Sequence record: NC_028945.1
Reading direction: 5' to 3' (one strand)
Length of the DNA stretch: 64,000 nt
The translations under genes were made by a program, and so were the position numbers. Under the pieces are notes generated by a model that was not told the DNA's origin, ran no database searches, and was given only the letters and a program-made list of their open reading frames with translations. The stretch's first letter is position 1. Every line of letters begins with the position of its first letter. Shown here in pieces: positions 62,710-64,000 of the stretch.

Positions 62710-63230
62710 TATTCCGCGTCCTTCTGTGTTTCGTATTCCATCAGGGTACAAATCGTCGGATTTTTCAAAGCCTTGTTGACGTTCTTGAAGAAGCCGTCTT
62801 CCTTCTGCCGTTCCTTGCGCTTCGCTTTGAAATTGTCGTAGGCAAGACAGAGATAGACGACAAGACCAGCACAGGCGAGAGAGGCAACAATCGTGAAAAA
62901 CGAAACGGTTATGCCGGTGAACGACACCTGAGAAAGGGCAATCACGACAGCCGTCAAGACGAACGCCCAATAGGCGAGACGCAACAGGGGCCACACCAGA
63001 ACGTTGCGCCAGTAGGAACAGAAGTCCATCGGCTGAAGTCTGCCGGTGGCGATCATGTATTCTTTGAAAGTATGAAAGCTCTTGTCCGGATTTTCGATAG
63101 AGACATCCATGCCGCGCTGGCGTGCCCAACAATGGAGCGGATAGGACGTGTCAAAATCGCTGTAGTCAAAGCGCGACCACTTATAAAATGCCATGACATT
63201 GTAATGCCAAGAATCGGTGTTGACTTTCAT
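62709..63230 (-). CDS. membrane protein
   Basis: N.SWHY...D.C.YW + two TMs. Confidence 0.7.
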   Translation of the reverse strand: MKVNTDSWHYNVMAFYKWSRFDYSDFDTSYPLHCWARQRGMDVSIENPDKSFHTFKEYMIATGRLQPMDFCSYWRNVLVWPLLRLAYWAFVLTAVVIALSQVSFTGITVSFFTIVASLACAGLVVYLCLAYDNFKAKRKERQKEDGFFKNVNKALKNPTICTLMEYETQKDAE

Positions 63231-63505
63231 TTGTACCTCTTTCCGATGACACCCATTGCGTCACCTCTAGCCCAACCTTCCAACTCTATTCGGAGCCGGA
63301 CAATTTCTTCGATCAGTTCGGCGCGGCTTTTCTCGCCGAATTCTTCTTCATAAGGATGCCTTATCCCGTAATCTTCCGGGCGCTTCCCTTCAGCGAGAAT
63401 TTGATTGTACGGATGTTTGGGGTGATCAGGATCAAGCGCATAGGCATTGACCAGCATTTCGCCCGTGTTGATCCAAACTTGGATTTCGACTTCGTCGGCG
63501 CTCAT
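63227..63505 (-). CDS. hypothetical protein
   Basis: coupled between HD gene and membrane gene. Confidence 0.6.
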   Translation of the reverse strand: MSADEVEIQVWINTGEMLVNAYALDPDHPKHPYNQILAEGKRPEDYGIRHPYEEEFGEKSRAELIEEIVRLRIELEGWARGDAMGVIGKRYK

Positions 63506-63975
63506 TCGTCCGCTTCCCAACGCTGATAAACGCCTTGCGCCTTCAGTTCGTTGTCAATGGCATGGTACATGAACACATACTTATTCATGCGCTTCATGTC
63601 CTTGTCCGTGACACCCTTCAGCCGCCGCAAGTCCATGTTGTCGGTCAAATCAGCGAGCTTGACCAGCATCGCGTCAACACTTGTCAGAATGCCGTCAAGG
63701 TATTCATCCGCCGTCTGCCCGCGAACCTTGGTCAACAGCTTGACGGCATTAATGACACGTTCGGACATGCCGACTTCCCGCAACTGTGCGTAGGTCGTGT
63801 TGGTGTCTTCGATGACGTCGTGGAGCACGCCAATGCAGTTCAGTTCTTCGTCATCCGATTCGAGGTTTTGAAAAACCCGGAGCACGTGTGTCAGGTAGGG
63901 TTTGCCCGCCTTGTCGAACTGTCCGTCATGTGCGACGGCAGCGACCAGCAAAGCGGAATTGAGCATCTGTTGCAT
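63502..63975 (-). CDS. HD-domain (p)ppGpp hydrolase-like protein (small alarmone hydrolase / Mesh1-like)
   Basis: AH.GQ.DK.G.PY..H..RV, LHDV.EDT, VK.AD..DN motifs. Confidence 0.85.
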   Translation of the reverse strand: MQQMLNSALLVAAVAHDGQFDKAGKPYLTHVLRVFQNLESDDEELNCIGVLHDVIEDTNTTYAQLREVGMSERVINAVKLLTKVRGQTADEYLDGILTSVDAMLVKLADLTDNMDLRRLKGVTDKDMKRMNKYVFMYHAIDNELKAQGVYQRWEADE

Positions 63976-64000
63976 TGAAAACCTTTTGTTTTAAAGTATG

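Noticed and set aside
1-64000. CRISPR array or tandem repeat-spacer structure
   Set aside because: The recurring ~80-nt motifs are dispersed promoter/leader cassettes at irregular kb spacing in front of genes, not regularly spaced repeats; no cas genes seen
1-64000. tRNA, tmRNA or rRNA genes
   Set aside because: No cloverleaf with a T-loop GTTCRAATC and acceptor stem was found by eye; a tRNAscan/ARAGORN run would be definitive
1-64000. Stop-codon reassignment
   Set aside because: Standard code gives full-length conserved enzymes and dense coupling using all three stop codons

Overview
64 kb segment of a large T4-like (myovirus-type) bacteriophage genome. Evidence: gp61-type primase, gp30-type DNA ligase, Dda/RecD-like helicase, thymidylate synthase, DHFR, gp30.3-like NADAR and TAAATA late-promoter motifs. 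An alphaproteobacterial (Rhizobiales-like) host is inferred from the B12-dependent class II RNR and general gene content, not proven. Genes run on + from 1 to ~38.2 kb, apart from a minus-strand late block at 20.6-25.9 kb (SGNH virion protein, GH19 endolysin, two homing endonucleases). They run on - from ~38.3 kb to the end and converge on a bidirectional terminator at ~38.25 kb. Most of the window is accessory: dozens of small ORFs sit behind a dispersed, conserved promoter/leader cassette (UP element - TTGAC-N18-TAnnTT - purine-rich leader/RBS; about 20 copies). Notable content: (i) a RelA/SpoT-like nucleotidyltransferase under a late-type promoter, plus a separate HD alarmone-hydrolase-like gene and two MazG-like genes; (ii) a tRNA/translation rescue set (CCA-adding enzyme, Pth2, kinase, phosphoesterase); (iii) PnuC+NadR NAD salvage; (iv) two unexplained structured non-coding regions (12.3-12.5 kb and 16.6-17.2 kb), the second with NrdR-like and DnaA-like boxes upstream of nrdJ; (v) a T4-style RBS-occluding hairpin with an embedded late promoter on a homing endonuclease; (vi) a 602-aa mosaic, probably internal head protein, ending in a possible RNase-toxin-like domain. 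No CRISPR array, tRNA, intron or intein was seen. Family assignments come from motif recognition by eye; no database search was run.
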